A stretch of 64,000 nt of DNA from the human T2T-CHM13v2.0 reference genome, Homo sapiens, in NCBI RefSeq assembly GCF_009914755.1, contig NC_060930.1. One strand, given 5' to 3'. The notes under the pieces are model-generated. The model was not told where the DNA came from and did not search any database. It saw nothing but the letters and a program-made list of their open reading frames with translations. How positions within the stretch are numbered: the first letter of the stretch is position 1; each line of letters begins with the position of its first letter. Shown in pieces: positions 1-15,300 of the stretch. The position numbers and the translations under genes are program-made.

Positions 1-587
1 CAACATGCCCATAACTTATTTTTCGTGAATCCACTGAAACTTCCAGAGACTTGAACTTTGCCTAAAGTTTAAAACAGGAATTTTTTAAATCCCTTAAATG
101 AAAAATAGTTTTAAGTGTATCCCAACTAATATGAAACAGGAAACTAATGTCTAATATCCTTGGGAACTATAAAATATTCAATAGTAATCAAAACATAAAA
201 TGATTCTCTTCTGTCTTTCCGTTATTCTCTACTTCCAATTACATTTTGTAAAATGTAAACAATTGCACCTGCAATTGATGGAAAAATACCATCATGAAAT
301 CAAATGTGTTTTCTGACTTCATATATGTATTGTAGTATTTAATATTAAGTAAGCTCAGAAGATACTTACATGGAATCTACTGCCTTTTCTGAGCACAAGA
401 GAAGCAATGATTAATAGAATGTGGTACTTGCTCCAAGGAGCATTCATTTAAGAGGAGGGATGCTCCTATTTGGGTCTTCACTGTATAAAGCATTTATATG
501 TATATTACTTAACAACTAAAAGGTATGTACTTATGCAGAATACTGCCATCATTGCTCTTTTCTTTACTGTAATGGTACCATTCATGA

Positions 588-948
<361 letters not shown>

Positions 949-1399
949 AGACGTGTGTTTTCTAAAGTGGATTTATTAGAAATTGGGATCCCCTTAACCA
1001 TCTTTACTTAGAGGAGACTTTGGCTTAGTGACCTACAGTTGTGTGTAAATGAAAAGCAAAATTAATGGGAAGTATACTCACAAAAGAAGGACTTTAAAGT
1101 TGCAAAAATAGCATGCATCAAGAATAGTATAAAATTTTAATTCCTCCATCGTCACCAATAAACATTTATGGAGAATCCCCAGAGTGACTGACTCTGGATT
1201 TTACATCTTATGTTAAACTAACTCTTGCATTCTGTTCTTGCTGTTTTATAATTACCCCAAATGTTCTCTGTTACTTCTCCTAATGATTCTTCTTTTTTTT
1301 TCTTTTTTCTTTTTTTTTTTTTTTTTGCATACAGCAGAGAATGCCTGTGGGTTTAAAAATTTTTTAACTAATCTTGATGAATCAATTATAATTTATAAA

Positions 1400-1640
1400 A
1401 GTGGAGCATAACAGTTAAGAGCTCATGCTATGGAATTGGACAGAGCTGATTTCAGATACTGTTCTGCCACATGCAAAGTGCATAACTGGACTAGTCACTT
1501 ACCTTTCTGAACCTCAGTTTCCTCATCTCTGAAGGGGATGATGAAGGTTCAGCCCTCTCATAGGGCTCATGACAATTAATGAGATAATGTCACATGCTTA
1601 ATACCAGCATCTTGTATGCTCCATAGGTGTTAGCTGTCTG
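1400..1640 (+). mobile_element. MIR SINE
   Basis: Core tcacttacctttctgaacctcagtttcctcatct. Confidence 0.7.
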
Positions 1641-2111
1641 TTTGTAATAATATTTTTGTGTTTGGTTACACAAACCCACTTTCTTCATTTGTTTTCTGCT
1701 ATTAATGCCTTTTGAAGTATTGTGTTGTTTGTGAACACATAGTACAAATTGACTTTTGTTTTTTTAATTATCAATTTTGTTTCTGTAACTGCACAGAAAA
1801 GTGATAAATTGTGAGCTTATATTTTCTTTTAATACATAGATATCGCCTCCCAACATACATGAATTTTAAGACACTAAAAACCCCTTAAAGATCTTTTCTT
1901 AATCAGTGTTTAGTAAATGGGCTTACATTCTAGCGTATAGACCAATTCAAACTGTTCTACAGTAGAGAGGAATTTGTATGTTGGCCAGTTTTTCATACAG
2001 TGATTTCTAACTCTTTCCCCTTCAGTATTTCCCTAACATACACTTTCTCATCCAGTATTTCTTTTAGAATTCTCACACTTTTGCCCTCATAACTCACTTT
2101 CATATTCCTAG

Positions 2112-2484
<373 letters not shown>

Positions 2485-4184
2485 CAAAATTATTTTTTAT
2501 ATATGGTGACTTTCCCCCACCCTTTCATCTTACAGTAGAGGCAGCTCAGAAAAAAATCACTGAATTAAGTCATTCAGAGGTCGTTTATAATAGCTATTCA
2601 GCAGTGAGCTGGTTCTCAGTCCTGGTTATCCATTACAATTTCCCAGCATTTAAAATTCTGATACCGTGACCATACCCAAGAATAATTAAATAAGACTTTC
2701 TGTAGGTGGGACCTAGGCATCTGTTTTTAAAGCCCTTCAGGTGATCTTAATGGGCAGCTAAGTATGAGAGCTACTATAGGACAGTGTTGTATGGCCTGAT
2801 TAGGTAGGAATGAGAGGGAGAGGAAGAAATCAGGACAGGAGATGTAGACTTATTTTGATAAGTTTTGGTAGTGAAAGGCAGAAAAGAGATGGGACTGTAA
2901 CTTAAGGAATTAGCAGGAAACACAACATACCTGAGAAAGAACATTCTAGCATATATATATATATATTAGCATATATAGTAGTGAGTCTCAGCTACTCCCC
3001 TAGGGCAGTGTATCAGCAATTTAGGAACCAGGGATGAACATGCATTTGGCAAAACTTCCTAATTTTGATACACCTTTCCCTTTCTCACTACCCTCCCTTC
3101 TCTCTTCTCTCCCCAGCCCCTGTCTACAATACTGCTATCCTGCTCCCTCTGCTCCTCGTCCTTTTCTTTCTTAAACTGGGTGACAGAGCATCTCAAAGTT
3201 GACTTCCCTCATGGTGGCCATATGGCTCCAGCAGTTCTCAGCAAGAGTTCTGAATTCACCCTGATTAGACCATTAAGGTCATATTTCAACTAGTAACTGA
3301 GGCTGGGGGAATGGAATATGCTCATTTGTGAAGTCAATCAAGAAAGTACATAGGAAGATGGGAAAGGATGCTGGTAGACAGCCAGTACTACCCACTATAT
3401 ATGTAAAAGTCACAGTGATTCAATGCAGTCAGTTATTTTACATGTGCAAATTATGAGTGGTCTTGTATGGGGACAGTTTTGAATAACATATAGAAAGTAC
3501 TATATAGTACTGATATTTTTCTGAGCATCAAATATTTAGAGAAAAAAATCTGTGGTGTTTTAGAATATAATATAATAAACATCAAATAATTTACTAGATC
3601 AAACATGGTTTATTAACTTAAACACTGTAGCATATAGCAGTCTGTAGCACATCTTACTGACTGATCCTTTTTTGAAAAAATCATTACTTCACATTGTTGA
3701 TGTTGTGGCAGAATCTAGGACTTCTATAATTACATTTCTGGAGATTATCAGGCAAATGTGTGGCTTTTACCTTTTCTGGTTACTATTTTATAGAAAAATA
3801 TAATTGCTAGGTATGTCATTTAAGACCCTGCAATCTATTTGTCTGAAAAATGGAACAAATGCTAGTAAGAGTTTTAAATGACTCTCAAAGCCTCCTGCAA
3901 AATGACATTAGCAGTTGAAATAAAATAGTTAACAGTCTAAAAACTGTTTAAGATAAAGCCCATAACTATTAATTTTAGGACTGTTTTGTATACAATGTAA
4001 ATGACACATGTTTGAGTTAATCCATTTGATGGTGGTGATCACATTCTTAAGAAATGATTTGGTATCTCAAAGCAGTTTCTTAACTAGACAATGAGCAGAA
4101 AACCTGTTGCTAGTTTTGGAAGTTTAAATTGTCAAACTTCAATTACTTCTGTTTAATTTGGGATTAAAGTTTGGGATTAAAAAC

Positions 4185-4630
4185 ACATGAGCAAAAATCT
4201 CATAACCCCAGTTCAGTCATGAGAGAAACACCAGACAAATTTCAATTGAGGGATATTCTACAGAATATATGTCCAGTACTCCTCAAAACTGTCCAAGTCA
4301 TCAAAAAACAACAAAAGTCTGAGAAACTGTCGCAGCCAAGGGATACTAAGGAAACAAGAGGACTGAATGTAATTTGGATTCTGGATGGGATCCCAGAGTG
4401 GAAAAAGGACATTAGAGCAAAACCGAGGAAATCTAAATACAGGTTGGGCTTTAGTTAATGTGTCAATACTGTTTCATTAATTGTGACAAATACACTATAT
4501 TAGTGTAGGATGTTAATAATATTAACAATGGTGGAAACCGGTTGTGGGATATATGGGAAAACTGTGTACTGTTTTCATAGTTTTTATCTAAATTTTAAAA
4601 TACCTCAAAATAAAACGTTATTTTTAAAGA
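4185..4630 (+). mobile_element. Old L1M (L1MC/ME-like) 3' end fragment
   Basis: Resembles recalled L1MC 3'-UTR (ccagtactcctcaaaactgtc...ggatgggatccc...aaaaaggacattag). Confidence 0.55.
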
Positions 4631-4983
4631 TGTGGGGATACATTTTTCAGGAAAGAGTCTCCGCCATAAGCTTACTATAGCAGAGCCTGAATGCTACTGT
4701 TTGATGAATGAAAGAAGTCCGGTATTCTTGGAGATCTTCTCTGTAATCCTCCAGGCTGAGGCATCACTTAGATTTGGCATTTGAGACCTTTATTGTTGAC
4801 CTATGAAATTCTGTTTTATGTCTGCCTCTCACTTTGTTTCACCATAGTATAGTATAGGTTATAGGAGCAAGAAAACTGATTTTTCTTTCAAGATCCACTG
4901 TATGCCAATCATGTACTGGATTTCACTAAAATTAACACATCCAATTTTTAGAAACTTTGTAGGATAGAGGACTACCCTTTCTA

Positions 4984-5343
<360 letters not shown>

Positions 5344-5531
5344 CTACATGAGAGCCTTGTTTATTACTTGACTCCAATTTCCAGCCTTTCTACCTTCTCA
5401 TATATATGCCTTCTTTGTTATCGTAAGATTCAGATTAGCAAGATACTCTTTTTAACCTGTGCCTATGTTTTAAAAAAAAATTGTTTAAGTTTGACATAAG
5501 TATAAGCCAGCAGGAAGTTGCAAAAACAGTA

Positions 5532-5861
5532 CAGATGCTCCCCAACTTATGATGGGGTTACCTTCCAGTAGACTCATTATTGAAAGTATCGTAGGTCAAA
5601 AATACATTTAATACACCTAACCTGTAACTTAGCCTTGTATGCTTTAAGTGTGGTCATTAGCCTACAGTTGGGCAAAATCATCTAACACAAAGCCTATTTT
5701 ATAATGAAGTGTTGAATATTTCATGTAATTTATTGAATACTGGAAGTGAAAAACAGAATGGTTGTATGAGTAAAGTACGGTTTCTACTGAATACATTTTG
5801 CTTTTGCACCATTGTAAAATCAAAAAATTTTTAAGTTGAACATTTCTTAATTTGGGGACTG
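5532..5861 (+). mobile_element. TcMar-Tigger non-autonomous DNA transposon (MER47A-like)
   Basis: TA|cagatgctccccaacttatgatggggttac start, internal agcctacagttgggcaaaatcatctaacac, end ...ttggggactg|TA. Confidence 0.75.
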
Positions 5862-5980
5862 TATTAGTTCATTCTCACAATGTTATAACAACATACCTGA
5901 GACTGGGTAATTTATAAAGGAAAGAGGTTTAATTGACTCACAATCCCACAAGGCTGGGAAGGTCTCAGGAAACTTGCAGT
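5860..5980 (-). mobile_element. Truncated THE1/MST (MaLR) LTR fragment
   Basis: tgtattagttcattctcac...gagactgggtaatttataaaggaaagaggtttaattgactcac. Confidence 0.8.
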
Positions 5981-6276
5981 CTTTTGCATTTCACCATGAA
6001 AGAGTTCGTCCAACTTTTTAGGTTTTTATTACAAAATAAATAGTGTTTTCTCTGCCCTCTCTGTACCTCGTATTTGAGGAATTCTCATACTTCTCTTTCA
6101 GGATGTCTTTCCCCACCCATTTTGTTTATGGTGGTAATATTATACCAATATGGCCAGCTTTTATGTACTTTGTGATCTCGCTACTATGAAGTTAGCCCCC
6201 TTCAGCATTTATTCAGAATAATGCCTCTTAAAAAAGTGTTTAATGATTTCATAAGGTCCTTGGTGTTTCTTAATGT

Positions 6277-6372
6277 CTTCCTTTCTCTTTTTTCCCTCCC
6301 CTTTTCCCCTCCCCTTTTCTCCCCTCCCTTCTCCCCTCCCCTCCCTCCCTTCCTTCCTTCCTTTCATTTTTT
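6277..6372. repeat. CT-rich polypyrimidine low-complexity tract
   Basis: Runs of ccct/cctt/cccct. Confidence 0.9.
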
Positions 6373-9300
6373 CTCTGTGACCATCTGTATGTTCTTTTCT
6401 TTTTGTCTGCCTTTTAGTATTAAAATGGTCACCTGACGACCATCTGAGTTGAGCTTTGTCAAGAACCAAGGGCTGAAGTTCTTTTTGTTCAGACTATGTT
6501 TCTGTTACCAGTATTGAGGGACTAAGGACTTTCAAGCCCTTCTCATTCTCCCAGCCTGAGAGATATTAAGATAAGGGAAAACTAGATTTTGCAGGTAAAC
6601 TTTGATTTGTTGAATGCCTGCTTTGTGCCAGACATTGCATGCTACGATATATTCTATTAAAAGGATTCAGGAAGGACATTTACTCTTTTAGCTACTGGAG
6701 TTTGATTTTCTTTATTATCATGCTGATCAGTGTACACTGGCAGTGTGGCTGATTGAGTGGAAAAGGGAGAGCTACACTGTCTTGTCACTCACCTAGTTGA
6801 TAACAGATTCAGGACAAGGACTCTCGTCTCCTTTCTAATACAATATTAGCCCTAAACCCAAAGAAGTTGAGATGTTTTGTCATTCTTTAGTTTTTCCCAA
6901 AGGGAACATTTTTCACAACATAAAAAGTTAGCTGATTGGAATTAACTTATACTTTATAAGAGATCAGTGCATATCTAGAGGCGACATAGTAGAATTTTCA
7001 AACAATCAGAAATCTCATAAATCGGAATCTAAGGGAAAACAAATATACCCTCCTGAACGTTGTATAATTGGGTATACAGAAAACTTTCTAATTTTATTTT
7101 GCCTTCATTCTTAGACTAACTTGCAATTACCCCAAGTTGCTAGGTAGCAAAATTATTATGGTACTAGCTCAGAATTTGCTGTATTTTAATCAGCCTTAGT
7201 GACTGAAAACACAGAGAGAATGTCAATGAGGGAGAAAGGTTTTCCTTTACTGCCCCTAGATAAAGCAGATGAAAATCTGTTTCTCTCCACGGTAGATTCC
7301 TACTCCTTGCCAAAGATACAATAGACAACATTTATAAAAATACAATCTTTGTGCATGTTGCTAGGTTGCTCAATTTTGAGCCTTTTTCTTTACAATACAT
7401 AATCATTTAAAAAATACTGAAAGAGGTAAGAAATAGGGAGTGGAAACCAGTAGTGTGAGTAAATGGGAAATTGATATCTTTAAGGCACTAGATATGGTAA
7501 TAAATATATTAGATTACTAGAAGAGAAAAAATACTTGAATAGTAGCCAAGAAAGGATTCCAATTACTTACAAACTACAGTGACTAACTTCTTTCAATTCT
7601 AAAATCCCCTATTTTAATTTTTCTAAGTTTCTGAGAAATGGGCATTTTAGTATTACTCCTTAAAAACTTTTTTACTGAATAAAATAATTTTCATGAAATT
7701 ACAAAAACATAGGATCTGCTCATATTGATAGTGTGTTTGACTTACCACTCACTGTATTGTGTCTCACTTAGATTACCAGCAAAAATATTACTCACATCTA
7801 ATGATATTTCTGGGTATCCTATAAATGAACCCTGAGAGGTTTCCTGGAGAGTCTTGTAATGCTTCCTAGCTACCCCTGTATATATTCTATAAAATATAGC
7901 CATGTAAAGTATGAAGACAATCTGTTACTGTCTTCCTGGCAGGGCTGGTCAACTGGCCATCAGACACTGTGGTTGCATCTGGTTGTCCCCTGCTTCCTAC
8001 TGCTCCATTGTCCCCCTTTGGGTGTCTCCCCCTCCTCCCTGTGCTGGTGCTGCCCTTTCATAGGCCTTCTCTCAATAACTGGATCTCACCAGGCTCCTTT
8101 CTGCATTCCTAGCTTTGTACTTGCTGTGTGACCTGGCAGGAGTGCTTCTCCTGGGTTCTTTGCAGATCTGGTTTCTCCTTCTCAAATGACACCACCTTAG
8201 AAAGCCCTTTCCTGAGCATACTGTGCAACTCAGAGCTCCCTGTTAGTCTCTATCACAGACCCCTTACTTACTTCCTTTTTAGCACTCCTCAAACACCTTC
8301 CCCCAACTAAAACATAAAACTCTATGAGGATAGGGACATTGTGGACACTCACATATTAATAAGTGATTGAAACATGAATGCATTTTTAAAAAGATCAGTA
8401 CCAACATCCTAAAGGCTCGTGGAGAAGGGCATTTGAGCTGACTTTGAAAAGTAGAATGTGAAGATAGCAGGGTGTAGGAAAACAAGAGTTTGAGAAGAGA
8501 GAGGCTTGTGTCAAGGTGATCTTATAAAAAAAAAAAGCTTTGGTATGAAGGCAGGCATGTGCATGTCTTTACTGGGCTTTGTGGAGAAAATAGAGATAAA
8601 GAATAAACTTTGGGGAACCAGGAAAACCTTTTATCTAGGAAAGGGACATGATCAAAATGGCACCAGTGTGGCATCTAGTGGATGAGTTGAAGGTTCAGGA
8701 ATTGCTAAGAAGTAAAAGCATCCACACCCTACTTCCTGTCTTGCTGACATATATATATATTTGGCCTCATCAGTAGCAAAGCTCATTAATACTCCAGGAT
8801 GAAACAGAATAGAAATACAAACTGGAATTGTTTGTTTAATCTATATTTATGCATTCACAAATATTTACTGATCCCTGCTCCATGTCAGTCATTGTACCTC
8901 TGATCCATTTGGGCTTGTAAATCTGTGTATGTGATACTTGGAGATGTTTTTGCATACCTAAAATGAGACACCACTTAAGAGATTTAGCTGTTGATACTTG
9001 AACCAGTGAAGACAAAGCTGTCAAATACCTCCCTAAATAGGAAGGATATGTATTTAATTTGGAAAATGTCAATTTATTTGTTACCCTACACAGTAAGAAT
9101 TAGATATCTAGAAACAACTACAGGTATGAAATATAACTTGAAATGTGTGCTTCTTTTAAGAAACTCCAAGAGCTACGTGGAAGCATGTGTTGTTTTCTTG
9201 TCAGTTTTCGTTCTCATATGCCATTTGCTCCTAAATTACCCAATTTTTTTTCTGCCCAGACCTACACACCCAACCCACTTTAGCTGTACCATCCTTAGAT

Positions 9301-12300
9301 TACTATGTCACAAATTTTACCTTGTTTTGAAACTGAAGTACAGTGGCTGATTTTGCTATTTTTGCATTTATTTGCAAAGCTGAATTCTAGTAATTACCAG
9401 CAAAGATAATCGTTTTGCACAAAAAGAGGTATATTTCTATCTTGAAACTAGGTTATATTGTTAATGCCACAGAAAAGGAAATGGCTTTTTCAGAATATTA
9501 GCGTTTGTAGCTCTTGCTTATTGATAGGGAAAAGTTAGTTGCCATAGTGATCTAACAGCCTCTGGAGGGAATGCAGTCATGGCCTTAAGCATCCGGCAAC
9601 CCACCCAGTTGAGAGAGCCCCTCTGAAAAGGATTTCCTTCCATGGAAATTGAGTTTCTAAAATAAAAAGAGTTTATTTTAGCTTAGATTTGCTTATAGGT
9701 TTGTTTTGCACTTTTACCTACTGGAATTAAAGGAAAAACATTTATAATAAAGACAGCATATATTTCTTCAGGGATGACATTAAATAATAGATTTTTGTGT
9801 TAACCATTCCATAAATGTGTTCTCAGACACACAAAATGACCTTTATACTTTTATTCTTGTGAGCTATGGAGCTTAAAAGCAAACCACTTCAACCAGATGT
9901 TGATCCAATAAATTTATCAATATTTGGGGTTTTTAGAGTTTCAGTATATATTCTTAGGTAGAGGGAACTTTCATGGCCCATCAAAATCTGCTCAAGCTGT
10001 GCTGGGTGAAACAGCACTCATCTATAATACTCATGTAACATGAGCCAATCTGCAGTCGGTTGTTCTGAATTCTACATCACTCACAGCGCAGGTTGATGTG
10101 TGAACACTGTATTTACAGGACCAAAACTGCACATTTGCTTTGCAGCTGTGTTTAACAGTTATCAGTTTGGCACACAGCATGACTGCTTTGGAGGGAGAAT
10201 AGACACTTCTCATCCCTTTTGGCATTTATGAAGTAACCAAAGTACCTACTGCTGAAGTGATTCACTTGAGCTTAATTAGGTTTGCTACATAATTAGCATT
10301 TGAAGAAACCTAAAGAAAATCCTTGGGGGTTGGTTATTTGTTATGTCAATTGTAAGCATGCTCATTTGGGGGGGACTAGGAATTGAAAATGATGAAATTT
10401 AATGCACCATAAACCCAGATGTATTATATGCATATATAATTTTTTAAAGAGTTTTTAAAAGCTGTGCTTTGCAGGGGTGACTGAAATGCTTGTCTCAGAC
10501 AACTGAGACCTGTGCAAGGGGATTGATCCATCAGCATGTGCCCATGTCTGCTTGATGGCGCTTATGTGTGTACAGCTAGCTTTACACCTCTCATGAGAGC
10601 CCACAGCTCTTTAATAAACACCCCAGTGCCAGCCGTGAGGGCTGTGCCAATAACCACCACTTGAAGCTGGAGAGTGCAGTCTGAGACAGTGAGATCCTAT
10701 ACTGCACTTGTATTTACATTTTAAGGTTAATTTAATTGCAATGGCTTGTTCTGGTATGTGTTGCTTTAATTGCAAAGAAAAAAAATGAATTTAATTTTAT
10801 ACTCGAGACATTTCTTTAAATACTCCTGAAGTTTGTTCTTTAGTATTAGAGTTCTACAAAGTGAATTAACTGTGGAGAATAGCTGTAAAATACTGAGAGG
10901 AGAGGTTAAATTTTATATTCCAGTTTAAGTTAAGGCTGGGATAAAACTTGTAAACTATGTTTACGTAAAATATTTTCTAATCTGTCAAAAAGTTGTCACA
11001 TTTTAATCAAATTACTTAGTTACCTAAATTTGTCTAGCCATAAATAAGGAAATAAATGAGAGGGAACAAGTTTAATTTATTGATGAAGCACTCTGATGAT
11101 TTTTTTTACCCTTATAGTAAAAAAAAAAAAAAAAACACCTTCAAACTTACACCCTACCATAGGTTCATCATCAAATCTCAAGTCAGAATCAGGTTCAAAT
11201 CAGAATTCAAAACCAGTTTTAGAACTCAAGTGGCAGCTCATGCCCTGCATGCAGGCAAACGGCTAGGAATTAATCAGAAAGTTCCACCCGTGTCCATCCT
11301 TCCTCTTATTTGCTCATCTTCCCAGCAAGCACTAAAAAGAAAAAAAAAAAGTACAAATTCGTACGGAACCTACTGTAACTCTGATTAAAGAGATCCTGTA
11401 TTCCCCAATGACCGACCCCCTAGCTCCTCCAAAAAGGAATTAAACGGCTAAGCTTTTTATAAATGTTTTTAAAATCCTTATTGGACTTGACATAAACATG
11501 CAGATAATTCTACTAGTCTCCTTTTCATAGGTACAATAATAGCACTAAGTACAGAATTCCCCTTGTATCCAAGCAAGACTTTTACGAAAACTTAAACCTG
11601 AAGTCTTATGCAGTGCACCTAAAATTAACCAGGAGACTTGGTGCATATACCAGCAAATGTTGTATACCTGTGTGATAGTGGTCACCTCACTTAACCTCTC
11701 CCAGCTTCAGTTTCTTGTCTTTACTACTACATAAAGTTGTTGAAAGGATTAAAGGAGACTATATAAACAGCTATTTTTATTTATGATTAAATAATATCTG
11801 TGTGGTTACTATTTAGTCTGCGTAACTAAATAGCTGGGTTTTTTTGTTCTTTGAACACATGCACATATTCCTTTTTTAAAACAGGCATATGGGCAAATAC
11901 ATTTTTTTTCTATATGCCTCCATGTTGTTTCTCTGGATTTCTGCCAGGATGGGATGTGCCAATTATGCACGGAATTGTTTGCGTGTCCATGGGTGCTTAT
12001 ATAAGTCATTATCTTTGGTGTATGACAAATACACAAACTCCTGTATCTCTAGTAGCCTGTAATTCCTAATTGAGGGACATGATTGAATTTATGTAGTTTA
12101 GCCCCAAGTAAGTAGATAAAAATTATTAAGTAAATGCCCTGGTTCATCTAAACAAAATATGTGACTAATAGCTTTTTATATGAACTATATACATTTAGTT
12201 TACCTAAGTTTATTAATAAATAGTATCTCTGAGCATTTTTAATTTTATATTTTATACTTAACTATGAAAGTATCCAGAACCAGATTCCAGTCACTAACTA

Positions 12301-15300
12301 CCTCTTCATTAATGGATCAATGGTTTTATCAGATTTATTAGAAATTTGTCTATACTGAGCATGTAATATGTACTTTGTGAAAATAGGTATAAAACTGGGC
12401 TCATCTTATCAGCATACCATTTACCCAATTATGGGAGTAAAAAAGGAGGCATGTGTATTTTTCCCCTAATTCTGAAATGTCTCCCAGTTCTTGAAATTTG
12501 AATGTGAAAATGTGTGCATGCAAATTAAGACATTCAATCTGAAAGACTTCTTTGTATAAAATACTAACCAAATTTAAAGTTGAACCATAGGGTAAATATA
12601 GTAGAAAAGTATATTTTGAATTCTGAATTTTATTTCCATTGGATACAAACAATAATTACAATTGCTAGATGTGTTTTAATGAATAGTTTGAACTCATCAT
12701 GCTAGCAAAAATCATCTGCATATAAATAATAGAGCAATTTCAAGCAATTTTTTCTTACTTAGGTCAGATATTCCTGCCAGAAACTTGTTTGCTTTGTTAA
12801 TTTGTTCAATTATTAAACTTTGAGAGTACAAAGATAAATTTACTAATGGGGTTCAATTAACAAATTTCTGATTACATTTCCCTAATGATGATAGTATAGA
12901 ACATTTATTTCTGCTGTGCTTTATTAGTAAAATTGCAGTGATCTGGTGACTGGAATTAAACTGCTGAAAAATGACTTGGTCTGATTTATTCACTGAGCAA
13001 AACCAAGCTTTAAAGGCTGTGTTGCTATGGCACCCAAGATTAACTGTTAAAAAAAAAAAAAGTTTAATTTTAGTAAAAACATTGGTACATCTCTTTTGGC
13101 ATTGTGTAAATAAAAATAGATTCCCCCCTCCCCCTTTTCTTGTCTTTTTTATGTTTAGCAAGTCCTTTGCATTCTTTTAAACATACACTAAAAGAAATTT
13201 AGCATATTTAAAGAGAAGGGAAAAAGCAGTAAAATAAAACTGTTTTATCAAAAGATTACAATTTGTAAAATAGCAAATATTTCAGTCATCATTTTTTATA
13301 TGTATATATATATACTTTTTATTTTGTCTAATTTAATCCTTTCAAAAACTGTCTGGCTTCTCATACTTTTTAGAAAGATGGTGCCAGAGAGGGAGAAATC
13401 ACTCTATTCTAGTAGTTTCGTTTTGTAATTAGTCTTCAAACTTAAAAACAGGTTGCAAAATTGGGACAGTAACAAGTTTTAGGAGAAATCTTAATGTAGC
13501 TCTAATCTTTCAAATTCTAAAAGAATATGTTTTCTGTTTCGTGAGACAAAAGAATTGTCTGGTTGCTTTAGCCAGGATTGATTTCTGTCTTCAGAACACC
13601 ATTTGGTGGTGTTAGACTGCTAGATGAAGAATTTTGTGGGAAAAAAAAAAAAAAAAAAAGAAGAAGAAAAATTGAATGCTTTGTATGATCATCAAAAGCC
13701 ACTTTTCAGGAGTATTTTACATTTCTTGGTGCCAAGCAAATCAGAAATCCTACCTTACAGAGAGCGATTTGTTCATGAGATGACCCAGTGCTGCAAGTCG
13801 CTTATGTTTATCATTATGCTTCCACATTCTAAGGAAATTCCACTTTCAAACGTTGCCGTCAGTGCTTTCTTCTATAGGAAGAATTTGAACTATAAAATTT
13901 GAGAAGCTTCAGCGTCTGTGGAAATTTGAGAGCATTGCCTTTTTTCCTCTTTATTGAATGTAAAGTGTTTTAACAAAAGCATGGTAGCCCAGTACATTTT
14001 AAATGTCAAAACTTGCACATAGTGTATCTCATAAAGAATTTAAATTTTAGACTTGGAACTTTTAAAGCCTCAAACATCTTTAGAGGCTGACTACAGCAAA
14101 TAAACAGAATGTTTTGCAGAGAGATTTAGTGAAGAAAATTTTTTTTTGCCGTTGTTTCTCACAGTGCTCTGCAGGTGAAAATGGTGAGGAAACTTTGATA
14201 GTTCAAGACTATGCAGGGGAGAATTTGAAAGCAGAAACAAGCTTTTACAGATTTTACCTGGAAAAACAAAGTGGTTTATATGAGGTGCTAGTTCTTACCT
14301 TTATGATTGCTAATTTAGATTTTATAAAAATTGAAATGAGTTAATATTTTAAAATATTTAAGTATGGTCTCTGGACAACAATAAGCACAGTGTACTTTTT
14401 TAAAAAGTGACTTTATGTAAGATTATAAATTACAGAAATGAGTTGTCACTTCCTTGTTGTTACTTATTTCTGATTTTAAAATAGCAAAATTTATAAAGCT
14501 ATAGTTTTGAGAAAATAGTAATTCATATTCTTAAAATTGTTATAATCTCTAAATTAATACATAAATTATTGATTTAATGTTAAATTTTGATTTTAAAATT
14601 TATTTCAGTTTCTATAGGTAATATATTGAGGTTCTGACAATTTTATATTAATGTATGATTTTATTCTGACACAGCTGTTGAATTTGAACCACTAATTATT
14701 TCTAAGAATTTGTTAATACCATTCTCCAACTTTGTTTTAGGCAGCTAGATTGTATCCAGGGAAACCCATTTAGATCAGAAATAACATTTCTTTCTAACTT
14801 CAAAAAATAAGCATCCACTTTAAAAATGGAATCTGAATTTAAATAAAAATCCTAATTTAGGATTCAGTTCCATTCTTTAACTAGCGGAAAGAAATCTTAG
14901 CAAAAAAAAAAAACAAAAAAAACAAAAAAAAAACAAATTTACCAGATTGCCAGTAATTTGCATTAAGGAGGAAGAGATGGATTTTTTTTTAAGTCAGCAG
15001 ACATTGAAGATAGTTCAGTGAAGTTAAGTAATAGAGATCTCAGATTTTAATTTAGTCAAGATTATGATTTTACATAGAAGCACTGTTGAAATAGGCTTGA
15101 TAATAATGTTTTAAGTGTTATACAAATCTGGATGAAATTATATTATTTACTGTCTTACTCATTGGTTCAACTGTGTTTTAAAAGTGAGAGACCTTATATC
15201 AATGAGTGTTTGTTCTGTGCATCTCATGTGCATGGTGTTAACAAAATAAAATAAGCATACTTCTAACATTTGGGGGAGCATCCTATTAGTTTGGGGGTAG

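Noticed and set aside
4157-4181. Micro-duplications (tttgggattaaa x2; similar ones at about 16005, 22312, 45982 and 63330)
   Set aside because: Ordinary 11-17-bp slippage duplications with no sign of function.
14111-14190. Possible cryptic exon (ttttgcag|...aaaatg|gtgagg)
   Set aside because: Such site pairs are common in long introns; no further support from sequence alone.
11119-14937. Isolated poly(A) runs (11119, 13642, 14902) as transcript ends or retrocopies
   Set aside because: No TSD or recognisable body; more likely simple repeats and sources of oligo-dT mispriming.
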